Position numbers and translations under genes: made by a program
In this document: piece after piece, positions 52,195-64,000 of the stretch
Layout: each line of letters opens with the position of its first letter
Numbering within the stretch: position 1 is the first letter of the stretch
The notes under the pieces: model-generated
Database searches by the model: none
Told to the model about the DNA's origin: nothing
Seen by the model: only the letters and a program-made list of their open reading frames with translations
From: Octopus bimaculoides
Taxonomy: Eukaryota
NCBI RefSeq assembly: GCF_001194135.2
Contig: NC_068982.1
Span: 13,259,958 to 13,323,957, forward strand
Reading direction: 5' to 3'
Length of the DNA stretch: 64,000 nucleotides

Positions 52195-52430
52195 CCCTCC
52201 CTATCCTATAGACTCATAGGACCAGTTTCCTAGTTTCTGTGGTGCATATATTCCCCCTGGATGGATGCCAGTCCATTGCAGAATCACTCATTTTTGGCAG
52301 TTGAGTGACTAGGAGCAATAAAACGAAGTATTCTACTCAGAAACACAACACATCATCCAATCCCAGAATTGAAACCAGGGTCTTAGAATCATGAGTCCAA
52401 CACACCTAAACGTTAAGCCATATGACTCCA
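52195..52430 (-). mobile_element. V-domain-like SINE (same family as 14805-15035)
   Basis: CCCCCTGGATGGATGCCAGTCCATTGCAG is the reverse complement of the V-like core. Confidence 0.5.
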
Positions 52431-52458
52431 CTATAATAATGTGGGTTAATGAAAATAT

Positions 52459-52886
52459 ACTCTTTTACTCTTTTACTCTTTTACTTGTTTCAGTCATTTG
52501 ACTGCAGCCATGCTGGAGCACCACCTTTAGTCAAGCAAATCGACCTCAGGACTTATTCTTTGTAAGCCTAGTACTTATTCTTTCGGTCTCTTTTGCCGAA
52601 CTGCTAAGTTAGGGGGACGTGAATACACCACCATCGGTTGTTAAGCGATGGTGGGGGGGGGGGACAAACACAGACATTCAAACACACACACATATATATA
52701 TCTATATATATATACATATATACGACGGGCTTCTTTCAGTTTCCTTCTACCAAATCCACTCACAAGGCTTTGGTCGGCCCAAGGCTATAGTAGAAGACAC
52801 TTGCCCAAGGTGCCACGCAGTGGGACTGAACCCGGAACCATGTGGTTGGTAAGCAAGCTACTTACCACACAGCCACTCCTGCGCCT
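52459..52886 (-). mobile_element. SINE family A, full length, low divergence
   Basis: Head AGGCGCAGGAGTGGCTGTGTGGTAAG...GGTTCAGTCCC (A/B boxes) and (AAAAGAGT)n tail. Confidence 0.9.
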
Positions 52887-52957
52887 ATGTTAACAATAAA
52901 TAATAATTTTATGCTTAATTTGAGAAATATTATTTGCAACACATATTAACATATTAT

Positions 52958-53336
52958 GGCACTCCGTCGGTTATGATGACAAGGGTTCCCGTTGAACCAA
53001 TCAACGGAACAGCCTGCTTGTGAAATTAAGGTGCAAGTGGCTGAGCACTCCACAGACACATGTACCTTTAACGTAGTTCTTAGGGAGATTCAGCGTGACA
53101 CAGAGTGTGACAAGGCTGGCCCTTTGAAATACAGGTACAACAGAAACAGGAAGAAAGAGTGAGAGAAAGTTCTGGTGAAAGAGTACAGCAGGGTTCACCA
53201 CCACATCCTGCCAGGACCTCATAGAGCTTTAAGTGATTTCGCTCAATAAACACCCACAATACCCGGTCTGGGAATCGAAACTGTGATCCTACGATTGCAA
53301 GTCTGCTGCCCTAACCACTGAGCCATTGCACCTCCA
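52958..53336 (-). mobile_element. tRNA-headed SINE family E
   Basis: TGGCTCAGTGG A box and GTTTCGATTCC B box. Colinear with 58484-58862. Confidence 0.85.
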
Positions 53337-53919
53337 CACATATTAACATATATAAGTTATGTCATTACTCTACATATATTACTTCATGTGAACTGCTAGT
53401 TCCTGCTGTTCCTGTTACCAAGAATTCTTTCTCACAAATAACTGTATGTATTATTACAATACAGGTGTATGATGTCAGATAAAATATTTATTATTTATTG
53501 GCTTACACCCCCCTCTCCCCAAGCCCCCCTCCTTCCTACATGTCAGATAATATGATTATCTTCTTTCATGGTACTGTGACATTCCAAGTATTCTTAGAGC
53601 AGCTGCTTTTCAAATTTCAGAATATATCTATACATCTGTGTGCGGGTGTGTGTGTGTGTGTGTTTGTGTGCATGTGTATATGTATCCATGTGTGTACTCA
53701 TAAATTAATTTTTGCCTATCTTTTGATAAAGCTTGTAAATTATTTATGACATTCAATGTAATTTCATATTGAAAAACATTTCTTCACAAAAGCAAATTTA
53801 CTGCTATTTTTTATGTTTGAATTAGAATAATTTTACTTATTTCTGAAAAATAATAACCTATTAATATTACAATAGGTTGTGGAATTTATAACATGTAGTA
53901 GAATAAAACAAAGGTGGAT

Positions 53920-54002
53920 GGATGGATTGATGGACAGATGGACAGATGGATAGATAGATAGATAGACAGGCAGACAGACAAACAAATAGATAGATAGATA
54001 GG

Positions 54003-54064
<62 letters not shown>

Positions 54065-54297
54065 GATAGATAGATTTATAGATAGGTAGATAGATATATA
54101 AACAGACTGACATAGACAAACAGATACATACATACATACATACATAGACAGACAGGCAGATAGATAAATAAATAGATAGATAGATAGATAGATTTATAGA
54201 TAGGTAGATAGATATATAAACAGACTGACATAGACAAACAGATACATACATACATACATACATACATACATAGACAGACAGGCAGATAGATAAATAA

Positions 54298-54340
<43 letters not shown>

Positions 54341-54345
54341 CATAC
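53920..54345. repeat. Compound (GATA)/(CATA)/(GACA) array with an internal duplication of about 120 bp
   Basis: GATTTATAGATAGGTAGATAGATATATAAACAGACTGACATAGAC occurs twice. Confidence 0.85.
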
Positions 54346-55254
54346 ATTTCTTTTATTAGCCACACAGGGCTCAATGAAGATGGGACAAATACAATGTAGA
54401 GCTTTTCTTTTTGGGAGGGGGAAGGGGAAAAAAGGGGGGGGGCGATCAAAAGGGATTGATTGATAGATAGGTAGATAGATAGATAGATAGATAGATAGAT
54501 TAAAAAGGTGGGAGAGCAGGTATGAATATAAGATTTATTTTTGTTAAGAATGAAGATAACCATTGATGCCCTCCCTCCATTCTATTCTGGCCCACAATAA
54601 GTTTTGTTATTCATGTTCTTCCCAGTGTCAACCATTAAATCAAAAATCAATATTCAAACAGAAATTTTATTAAAACTATAATCGAAAAATAACAAAAAAG
54701 CTCTATTAATCATGTCTGAAGGATAAAAATATTAAATGAAATAAAAAAATAAACAGAACACACACAGAGCATGATGATGAGAAACTCATGATCAATATGC
54801 ATGTTTCTCTCATATCATTTATTTTTTAGTCGTATTAGTCATTCGACTGTGGCCATACTGGGGCATTTCTTTGAAGGGTTTTAGTCAAATGAATTGACCC
54901 CCCCCCCAACCGTCCGTACATATCTTGAGCCTGGTAGTTATTTTATTGGGGTCTTTTGTCAAATTGTTAAGTTACAGAGATGTAAACAAACCAACACTGG
55001 TTGTGAAGAAGTGGTAAGGAGACAAAAACAAACTCAATCTTTCAGTTTCCATCAACCAAATCCATTAGGAAGGTTTTGGTCAGCCTGGGGTTATAATACA
55101 GACGCCCATGTTTCCAGCTGTAGGATTGAACCTGGACCTATGTGGTTAAGAAGCAAGCTTATTATTACACAACCACGCCTGATATGAAAATTTGATATGG
55201 TTCACTTTTGGATTATATGGTCCAACTTATAATCAATAGTTTAACAATTGTGAA

Positions 55255-55560
55255 AGCAGATTGGCTTAGTTGTTTAGGTATTTGGCTCACGATTCTAAGG
55301 CCATGAGTTCAATTCTCAGCAGCACATCATGTCATTGATGCATGATACTTTATTCCTCATTACTCTAATCCACTTGATTGGCAAAACTGAGAAGGGGGCC
55401 AGCCTTGGCACCTCCTGTGTCACACTGAATGTTCCTGAGAACTATGTTAAGGTTACACATATCTGTGGAGTACTCAGCCACTTGCACGTTAATTCCATGA
55501 GCAGGCTGTTCAGTTGACTGAATCGAATACAACACTCATCATTGAAACCAACAGAGTGTC
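55255..55560 (+). mobile_element. Degenerate family E-like SINE
   Basis: Shares GTGGAGTACTCAGCCACTTGCACGTTAAT with the family E copies. Confidence 0.65.
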
Positions 55561-55594
55561 AGGTACATATACTAGCCCAACAACTTGGGTGAAC

Positions 55595-56789
55595 TATCAG
55601 GTTGAGTAAAAAAGTAAGTAACATTTTGAACCACGAAGATGCCTGATAATACAGACATAGACTTTCCCAAATGCATCAATAAATTAACATTAATATTTTC
55701 CCCCCGTTGTTATAATCATCTAAAATGGAACTGTCAAAGTGCAATATTCGAGCAATTTTACTATTTGACTTCAAAAAATGATGTAAAGCAGCTGAAACTG
55801 CTCGAGATATCAATGAAATGTTTGGTGAGCAAATAACCAGTGAGTGGTCAGCTCAAAAATGGTTTAAACAATTTTTTAGTGAAGACCTGAGCCTTGAAGA
55901 TCGTGAGTGTAGTGGACGCCCATCCGTCATTGATGACCGTCAATTAAAGACCGTCATTAACAAACATCCACATAAAACCACTCAAGAACTGGTAAAAGAA
56001 CTTCAAATTAGCCAGAAAACTGTCTGCAACCATTTGCATGCAATTGGAAAATTAACGATTTTAATGAAAATCAGAAAATGTGCATACATGAAATTTGCTA
56101 GTCACTTCTCCGTAACCAGACCAATCCATTTTTCGACTGTATTGTAACTTCTGATGGAAAAGTGGATTCTGTAGGATAATAAAAAAACGTTCTTCACAGT
56201 GGTTGGACCAAAATGGAGCACTGAAACTTTCCCTAAATGCGAGCTCTTCAAAATGAATGCTATAGTGACCGTTTGGTGGTGTACTGCTGGAGTCAACCAA
56301 TATAACTTCTTAAAATCTGGTAAAACTATTACTGCAGAAATATATTGCCATGAAATTGACAAAATGAATGAAAAACTGCAAAACCTCCATCCCAGACTGG
56401 TCAACAGAAGAGGGCCGTTCATTTTTCATAACAATGTTCAGCCACATGCTTCACTTATGATGCTCCAGAAGTTGAGGGAACTTGGCTACAAAGAGCTTAT
56501 TCCCCAAACCTTTCTCCTACCAACTATCACTTTTTCAAGCACCTTGATGGTTTCCTGCAAGAGAAGGGGTTCAAAAATCAAACCGATGCTGCAAGTACGT
56601 TCAAAATGTTCATCAGTTCCAGAACTCCAGATTATTATGTTAGCGGAATAAAAACACTTGTAACTAGTTGGCAAAAATGTGTTCATTGTGATGGTACTTA
56701 CTTTGATGAATAAACTTTCCACATTGTTGAAATATATTGTGATGAATTTCATGTTTCAAAAAATTGCTTACTTTATACTCAGCCTGATA
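55595..56789 (+). mobile_element. Full-length defective mariner (cecropia/Hsmar1-like)
   Basis: TA-TCAGGTTGAGTAAAAAAGTAAG left TIR and CTTACTTTATACTCAGCCTGA-TA right TIR. The element is 1191 bp between the TAs. Confidence 0.9.
55725..56713 (+). pseudogene. Mariner transposase pseudogene
   Basis: MELSK...AAETARDIN...LEDRECSGRPS; IVTSD; TVWW; HNNVQPH; YSPNLSPTNYHFFKHL; WQKCVHCDGTYFDE*. Contains stops, frameshifts, and deletions of the WVPHEL and HPP motifs. Confidence 0.9.
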
Positions 56790-56989
56790 CATATATAAAG
56801 AATTTCATGCAAACAAGACAGTTTGTACATCAAAAGTTCTTCACCTTTTTACTAATAAGGACCATTTTCTTTTCAATGACTTTTTTCATGGACTCCAGGG
56901 TTTTGGACAGCTTGTTTCTCAAAAAGTCAATTTTTATTAACTAACAACAAACTTACTTTCTCAGACTCCTTTTACACTTGAGAGATATC

Positions 56990-57360
56990 ATCATCATCAT
57001 CATCATCATCATCGTTTAACGTCTGCTTTCCATGCTAGCATGGGTTGGACGATTTGACTGAGGACTGGTGAAACCAGATGGCTACACCAGGCTCCAATCT
57101 GATTTGGCCGAGTTTCTACAGCTGGATGCCCTTCCTAACGCCAACCACTCAGAGAGTGTAGTGGGTGCTTTTACGTGTCACCGGCACGAAGGCCAGTCAG
57201 GCGATACTGGCAACGGCCACGCTCAAAATGGTGTATTTTATGTGCCACCTGCACAAGAGCCAGTCCAGGGGCACTGGCAACGATCTCGCTCAGAAGTCCT
57301 TACACATGCCGTGGGCACAAGTGCCAGAAAGACGATGCTGGGAACCGGTGCCATCACGAT
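56990..57360 (-). mobile_element. Family B retroposon
   Basis: Near-consensus copy. Confidence 0.85.
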
Positions 57361-57475
57361 ATATGTATCTGAATTGTGATATGTAGGTGAGTAATTTCAG
57401 ATTTTACGTGGTGGCCTCAACACAATCAAGGAGATCTTGTGCAACTGAAACCCAAATGTCTTTTTGGTTGCCTCA

Positions 57476-57810
57476 AAGCAGTTTCCACAGAAACTTGACA
57501 GACATGCATCTCATACCCAAATCTTCAGTCATAATGGACTGAACCGTAACTAATTTGCACATTCTCTGATAACACACAGATGGTGATTTGACGATTTCCC
57601 CTGCAATGTTTTTCTCAGTTCTGCTGGTTGCGGATCTCCCAAAATGTTTGTCCCTAGTAACATTTTTCGGCCATCTTGGAAATGTCTGAACCCCTTGTAC
57701 ACTTGTATGCAGCTCATACACTCCTCTCCATACGTTTTCTGCAACTTTGCATTAGCCTCTGAGCAGGTGTCGCTATGAAAACTTTTTCTGTCATGGTCAA
57801 TGCGATGATC
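57476..57810 (-). mobile_element. Mariner transposase N-terminal (HTH) fragment, different subfamily
   Basis: KLQKTYGEECMS..QVY..FRHFQDGR; GRSATSRTEKNI; VQSIMTEDLGMRCMSVKF. Confidence 0.8.
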
Positions 57811-57889
57811 ACACATTACACACGTTATATATGTGGGATCAAAAAACGGGCAGGAAAGTGGGTGCAACACATTGACCTTTACTTTGAAT

Positions 57890-58075
57890 GCCACGTATGT
57901 AGAAAGCACCCACTACACTCTTGGAGTGGTTGGTGTTAGGAAGGGCATCCAGCTGTAGAAACCCTGCCAGATCAGACTAAAACCTGGTGCAGCTCCCCAG
58001 CTTACCAGTTTTCAGTAAAATCGTCCAACCCATGCCAGCATGGAGAGTGGACAGTAAATTAAATGATGATGATGT
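57890..58075 (+). mobile_element. Family B copy
   Basis: GGTTGGTGTTAGGAAGGGCATCCAGC...(GAT)n. Confidence 0.8.
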
Positions 58076-58434
58076 GTGTGTGTATGTGTGTATGTGTGTG
58101 TGTATGCGTATATGTGTGTGTGTGCCCAACCCAGTGTATCTTGAAAGTCCACCCAGAGCGTCATCTCCAAGTCTAAAGCTACCCACCTCTGGGTGCAAGT
58201 GACCTCATTACTGCTGGTAGAACATAGAAAAAAAAAGGCAGCCAGTACATGCTGTAATGTGATTGGTTTAGAAAGACCACCCAGCCATAGAAAACATGCC
58301 GAAGTAGAGGGGTATGACGAGGTCCTTGGACACATCGGGTCCTGTTAAAGCATGCAACCCATGCCAGCATATAACATGGACAATAAATGTTGATTGTGTG
58401 TGTGTGTGTGTGTGTGTGCGTGCGTGTGTGTGTT

Positions 58435-58469
<35 letters not shown>

Positions 58470-58483
58470 GTGTGTGTGTGTAG

Positions 58484-58862
58484 TTAGCACTCCGTTGCTT
58501 ACGACATCGAGGGTTCCAGTTGACCCGATCAACGGAACAGACTGCTCATGAAATTAACATGCAAGTGGCTGAGCACTCCACAGACACGTGTACCCTTAAC
58601 GTAGTTCTCGGGGATATTCAGCGTGACACAGTGTGACAAGGCTGACCCTTTGAATTACAGGCACAACAGAAACAGGAAGTAAGAGTGAGAGAAAGTTGTG
58701 GTGAAAGAGTACAGCAGGGTTCGCCACCATCACCTGCCGGAGCCTCGTGGAGCTTTAGGTGTTTTCGCTCAATAAACACTCACAATGCCCGGTCTGGGAA
58801 TCAAAACCGCGATCCTATGAGCACAAGTCCACTGCCCTAACCACTGGGCCATTGCGCCTCCA
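58484..58862 (-). mobile_element. tRNA-headed SINE family E
   Basis: Colinear with 52958-53336. Confidence 0.85.
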
Positions 58863-59466
58863 CTTGTGTGTGTGTGTGTGTAGACCTATATTAACATTCA
58901 AGCAGCGTTTGCATACACAACCAAGTGTATCTACACAAATGCATCTACATACACACATGATAATAGATATTAGCATGTGTTGAATGGTTCTCATAATTGG
59001 AATATTTATATGAATCCTTGGAGCATATATTCTCATGCCAGACACTCAATTATAAAGTTGAATTAGCATTATTTTGATAAACAGTAAAGACAATAGAGTA
59101 ATTACAAAAAGTTCACAAAGTGGAATAAATTATTTTATTGTAGAGAAGAAGAGAAGTCCAACGTCTGCGGCAGACCTATTGTCAGAGGGAGATATATTGT
59201 TTGCAAGTGGCGTAAGATAAATAGATTGGAAGCACTGACAGACAAATATAAAATATAAATTAAACAGTGAAAACAATACATACATAGATACAGACAGACA
59301 GACATATATGCATACATATGTATATATATTGTCTATGTATGTATATGAACAAGTGACTAGCCAAGAGCAAAACTCAAGTAAATTGCCATTTTTTTATGCA
59401 GTAGACATATCTGTTTATTGTACTGAGTGTTGTATCCGATAATGTTGGCACTATGTGTACATATTC

Positions 59467-59508
<42 letters not shown>

Positions 59509-59683
59509 TGTAAATCCAAAACAAGAAATAACAAAAAGAAAAGTAAATCCAAAACAAAAAAATAACAAAAAAATAACAAAAAAATAAATTGTGATACACA
59601 CACACATATNNNNNNNNNNCACATACATATACACACACACACATATATATATATATACATATATACATATACATATATATATA

Positions 59684-60085
59684 TTCTTTTATTCTTTTAC
59701 TTGTTTCAGTCATTTTACTGTGGCCATGCTGGAGCAGCATCTTTTAGTCGAACAACTCAACCTCAGGACTTATTTTTTTAAAGCCTTCTACTGATGCTAT
59801 CTCTTTTGCCAAACTGCTAAGTTACGGGGATGTAAACACACCAACAGTCCAGCAGTGATGGGGGGGACAAACACAGACACAGAGACACACACACAGACAC
59901 AAAGACACACATATATATATATGCACTATATGACGGGTTTCTTTCAGTTTCTGTCTATCAAATGCACTCACAAGGCCTTGGTTGGTCCAAGGCTATAGTA
60001 GAAGACATTTGCCCAAGGTTTCAAGAAGTGGAATTGAACCCAGAACCGTGTGGTTGAGAAGCAGGCCTCTTACCACACAGCCATC
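59684..60085 (-). mobile_element. SINE family A
   Basis: Colinear with other A copies. Confidence 0.8.
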
Positions 60086-60494
60086 CCTGACCCTATGTAT
60101 ATATATCACTTACATTATAGTCCACATACATATATGCATAAGTGTATGTGCACAGACATCTCAAAAGTAAATAGACACCATCATGTTTTAAATATTTATT
60201 TCTAGACACAAAATAATGTTATTTGATATGTTTAAATACTTAATCTAGTAGACATATCTTTTTTGTAATACATTAACAAGGTTAAAGCACCAGGTAATGT
60301 CTGCAGAGATAAAATAATATTGTCTACTTATTTTTGAGATGTCTATGTATATATACACACATGTAAACATGTATATATACATACATACATACATACATAT
60401 ATAAAGCTCCGAGTTTCGGATGCCAGGGTGGGAGCCCACGCCAACATCTCTTCAGTTATCGAGGTCTCTTTCTTTCTTTTGCTGTCCTTCCTGT

Positions 60495-60525
<31 letters not shown>

Positions 60526-60526
<1 letters not shown>

Positions 60527-60734
60527 CTCTCTTTTACTCATTTACTTGTTTCAGTCATTTGACTGCAACCATGCTGTAGCACTGCCTTTAGTCGAGAGAA
60601 TCAACCCAGGACTTACTCTTTGAAAGCCTAGTATATATTCTATCAGTCTCTTTTTGCTGAACCGCTAAGTTAAGGGGACGTAAACACACCAGCATCGGTT
60701 GTCAAGCGATGGTGGGGGGACAAACACAGACACA

Positions 60735-60783
<49 letters not shown>

Positions 60784-60941
60784 ACACACACACATATATA
60801 TACACATATATACGACGGGCTTCTTTCAGTTTCCGTCCACCAAATCCACTCACAAGGCTTTGGTCGGCTCGAAGCTATAGTAGAAGACACTTGCCCAAGG
60901 TGCCACGCAGTGGGACTGAACCTGGAACTATGTGGTTGGTG
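60526..60941 (-). mobile_element. SINE family A (5'-truncated)
   Basis: Near-consensus body. Confidence 0.85.
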
Positions 60942-61374
60942 ACTATTGAAGAAATTGCAAGAAGCAACGAAAATTTTAGAAAAAATAAATAAGTAAATGA
61001 GTGGAAATTGAATGGGTGATTGTGTTTATTAATAAGGCATTAAAACAGAATAACTCTCCCTGTACATGATATTACCAAGGTTCTTGAGTAAGTCTAGCAT
61101 GAGAATCTCCCAGTTAAGCTGTGGGTTCTGTCTAACTCTCATCTCTTAGAATGAAAGCTTTTTTTCGTCAGATCACACCAATGCAATGTGCACTTGTGTG
61201 ACTTCTTCTGATCTACATCCTGTCCACTTTGATGTGCCACAAAGTTCAATTATATCCCCTTCACACTCTTCCACCTGAACATTAAGAGCTTTCTTTGCTG
61301 TCTCCTTCAGCACTGCACATGATAACAGTCTTTGAGATTTTCATAACCATTCATATGTAGGCGTAATGCTCAGT

Positions 61375-62626
61375 CAAATGGAAGAGACTTAGAGGATACA
61401 GTAAGTAAGTGGCTAGTTCTAATGGGGATAAGCTGTTTGTCATACCTGACCCTCAGCACTTCTGAGGGTCAGTGATTTTGTGCATTGAGGAGCGAATGAC
61501 GTTTGTGTTAGTACCATTAATATAAATGGAGGCAGTGAGCTGGCAGAACCGTTAGTCCGTTAGTAAGCCAGGTAAAGTGCTTAGTAACATTTCGTCTGTC
61601 ATTACATTCTGAGTTCAAATTCCACCAAGGTTGACTTTGCCTTTCATCCTTTTGGAGATCAATGAAGTATATAACAAGCCTGCCACATTATACCTTCACT
61701 GCCCCTACAAACAAGGATTTCAAAAACATCTTCCAATGGAAACATAATACGCTTTCTCCTTTAACAGCACAAATCCACAATCACTGGAATACCTCATCTC
61801 TTCTAATCTTGACAATTTTACAATTAAAGCCTTTAAATGATAGTATTTATGCTCATAATATCTGATATCTGTTTGTGATAAATGTATTATAGCTAAATCT
61901 CTATCTCAGTAGAGGATTAACTCGTCAAGGCCAGAACATGCTTAAAGTGAGATCAATTACTGAAACTCTATAAAGCTCCATCATGGGCTACTATGCAGCA
62001 CTCTTCCCAGTACCTTTTACTATCTAAGAGTTGTAATGCAGTTAATATCCTCGGATTACTTACTGTGTGAGATAACTAAACCAAAAATGCCCTTCAAGGC
62101 GCATCCTTCCACATATCTCACAGTCAAATCCCATGATCCCATTTAGTGCACATGCACTGCAGTGGTACATACAGACAAAGAACATGGCCAAACGCTCTCC
62201 AGTAATATTCCTTTCTACTATAGGTACAAGGTCTGCAATGTTGGGGGAGGGGGCTAGTTGATTGCATCAAACCCAGTGCTCAACTGGTATATACTTTATT
62301 GACCTCTGAAAGGATGAAAGGCAAAGTCAACCTTGGTGGAATTTGAACTCAGAACGTAAAGACAGAGGAAATGTTGCTAAGCACTTTGCCTGGCTTACTA
62401 ACGGTTCTGCCAGCCCACTGCCTCCATTTATATTACTGGTACTAACACAAATGTCATAAACTACAGGCAAAAACAAAACCATCTTAACTCATTAGCAAAG
62501 ATTTGCTCCTCAATGCGCAAAATCACTGACCCTCAAAATGTGCTGGGGGTCAGGTATGACAATCAGCTCATCCTCATCAGAACTAGCCAATTACTCACTG
62601 CATCCTCTAAATCTCTTTCATTTGCA
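61375..62626. repeat. Fold-back inverted duplication (arms about 61375-61677 and 62284-62626)
   Basis: The arms share a CORE-SINE part plus about 150 bp of non-SINE flank. The right arm has an extra segment of about 47 bp. Confidence 0.85.
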
Positions 62627-62656
62627 TCCCCATCATGTCTCCTTCATGCTTCGCCT

Positions 62657-63259
62657 CAGCTCCGTCATGTGACTTTTAGACACCCCCTGCAACGTTTCGA
62701 GGCCCCATTCCTTCAATTAAAATTCATAATCTACGCACCTTTTATTCATGGTTATATTTTATTTTATTCTATCTGAAGTTCAATATTTCACGTTATCCTA
62801 AAGAACATCTTTAAAAGTACAACAAGTTAAATTTATTTAGGCTTATTTCAAATTTCAATAAGTAAAACTTCCAGACCTGAATAAAAGAGCATTTTTATAA
62901 TCCAAGCAACTTTCAAAGACAAACACGGCACACTTTTTGCTTTGCCAAATCATCGTTCAGTTCAGAATAATCAAGCTGAGAGCTAAGTTCACATTCAATA
63001 GATATCACAGACAATCCCACAAAGTCTGGTACACGTTCGTGGTACAATGTAATATTTTTGCAAGAACTTTCGCAAGCACAGTGTATTACTGTTTTATGTC
63101 TTGAAATTTTCAGTAAACATCGATAGTTTAAGTCTTGTTCAACATTTTGAGCAAAGTAAATAGATGACTCATTTATGTGCTTAGATCTTAACATGGGGCT
63201 CTTCAACCGTGGAGGCCCCCTGTGACCGCAGGGGTTGCAGGGGCTTAGCGATAGCCCTG
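62657..63259 (-). mobile_element. Internally deleted hAT (ZMYM1-like) element
   Basis: CAGGGCTATCGC terminus. C-terminal dimerisation motif LLKI...CESS...GLSVISIECELSSQLDYSELNDDLAKQK. Flanking 8-mers CTTCGCCT / CTTAGCCC (6/8 match) look like a decayed TSD. Confidence 0.7.
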
Positions 63260-63824
63260 CTTAGCCCCATACTACCAACAATCCCAAATCTTCAATCCTT
63301 CTTCCTCAGAATGGTAATTTTCTAGAACTCTCTTGCCCCACATTTTTTAATGCATTCATAAATCTATAGCTGATCAAGCTAAACATCAAACATATTGATC
63401 TCATCAGCCTGGAAGGATGGAAAGTAGTGGGCTGCAGTGGTCCTTGGCACTGTTCCCATCCAAGTTAAGAGATGAAACGCAAAACCAGAAAACCAGTAGC
63501 CCAAATATTTTTAATCTAACCACATATGATCACTCTTTAATATGTAATATACTTTTATTTGGAAAGAGAATATTAATTACCGAAGACTAAACCAAATATG
63601 CATGACACACAATAAAGCTCCTTCTACCCTTTATTGAATTAAATTGCAATATCAGTATGACAATGAGAAACCCTCTAGAGTAGTGCTTCTTGTCTATTTC
63701 TTTTTTTTTTTCCTAGGGACCCCCTTGATTTCTATTTTCCTCAGGTGGACCCTCTTAGCAATCTGATGTCTAGAATATCCTAATTTACTTTTATAATTAA
63801 ATATTATCAGGAATTGTGCAAGAA

Positions 63825-63970
63825 AAATTAGCTTGCTTACTAACCACATGGTTCCGGGTTCAGTCTCACTGCATGGCACCTTGGGAAAGTGTCTTCTACT
63901 ATAGACTCAGGCTGACCAAAGCCTTGTTAGTGGATTTGGTAGATGGAAACTGAAAGAAGCCCATCGTATA
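63825..63970 (+). mobile_element. SINE family A 5' half
   Basis: GCTTGCTTACTAACCACATGGTTCCGGGTTCAG...CTGAAAGAAGCCCATCG. Confidence 0.8.
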
Positions 63971-64000
63971 TATGTATATAGATATATATATATATAGATA

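Noticed and set aside
59155-59190. Possible HHR relic (CUGACAA...GACGUU) on the minus strand
   Set aside because: Too many core changes are needed.

Overview
AT-rich eukaryotic DNA from a fragmented draft assembly (18 N-gaps). The very dense tRNA-headed SINEs, (TA)/(TG)/(GATA)/(AAT) microsatellites and RTE/CR1 relics look like a coleoid cephalopod, most likely Octopus (inference from repeat families). No protein-coding host gene could be confidently identified. Nearly all ORF-track entries are microsatellite, gap or SINE artefacts, and the window reads as intron or intergenic DNA. Recognisable elements: several SINE families, RTE and CR1-type LINE fragments, a nested R4/Dong-like retrotransposon relic, a full-length dead Hsmar1-like mariner with TIRs and TA TSD, a second mariner fragment, MITEs and two hAT relics. 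Most interesting: (1) a tRNA-headed SINE, in two copies, carrying a Penelope-type minimal hammerhead ribozyme (HHR) whose only inter-copy differences are the free N7 position and a compensatory stem I pair; (2) several further HHR-like motifs in unrelated short repeats, including a G3:C8-swapped core; (3) repeated local inverted or templated duplications that would form dsRNA hairpins if transcribed. SINE family letters are working names only. Repeat boundaries are approximate, placed by eye.
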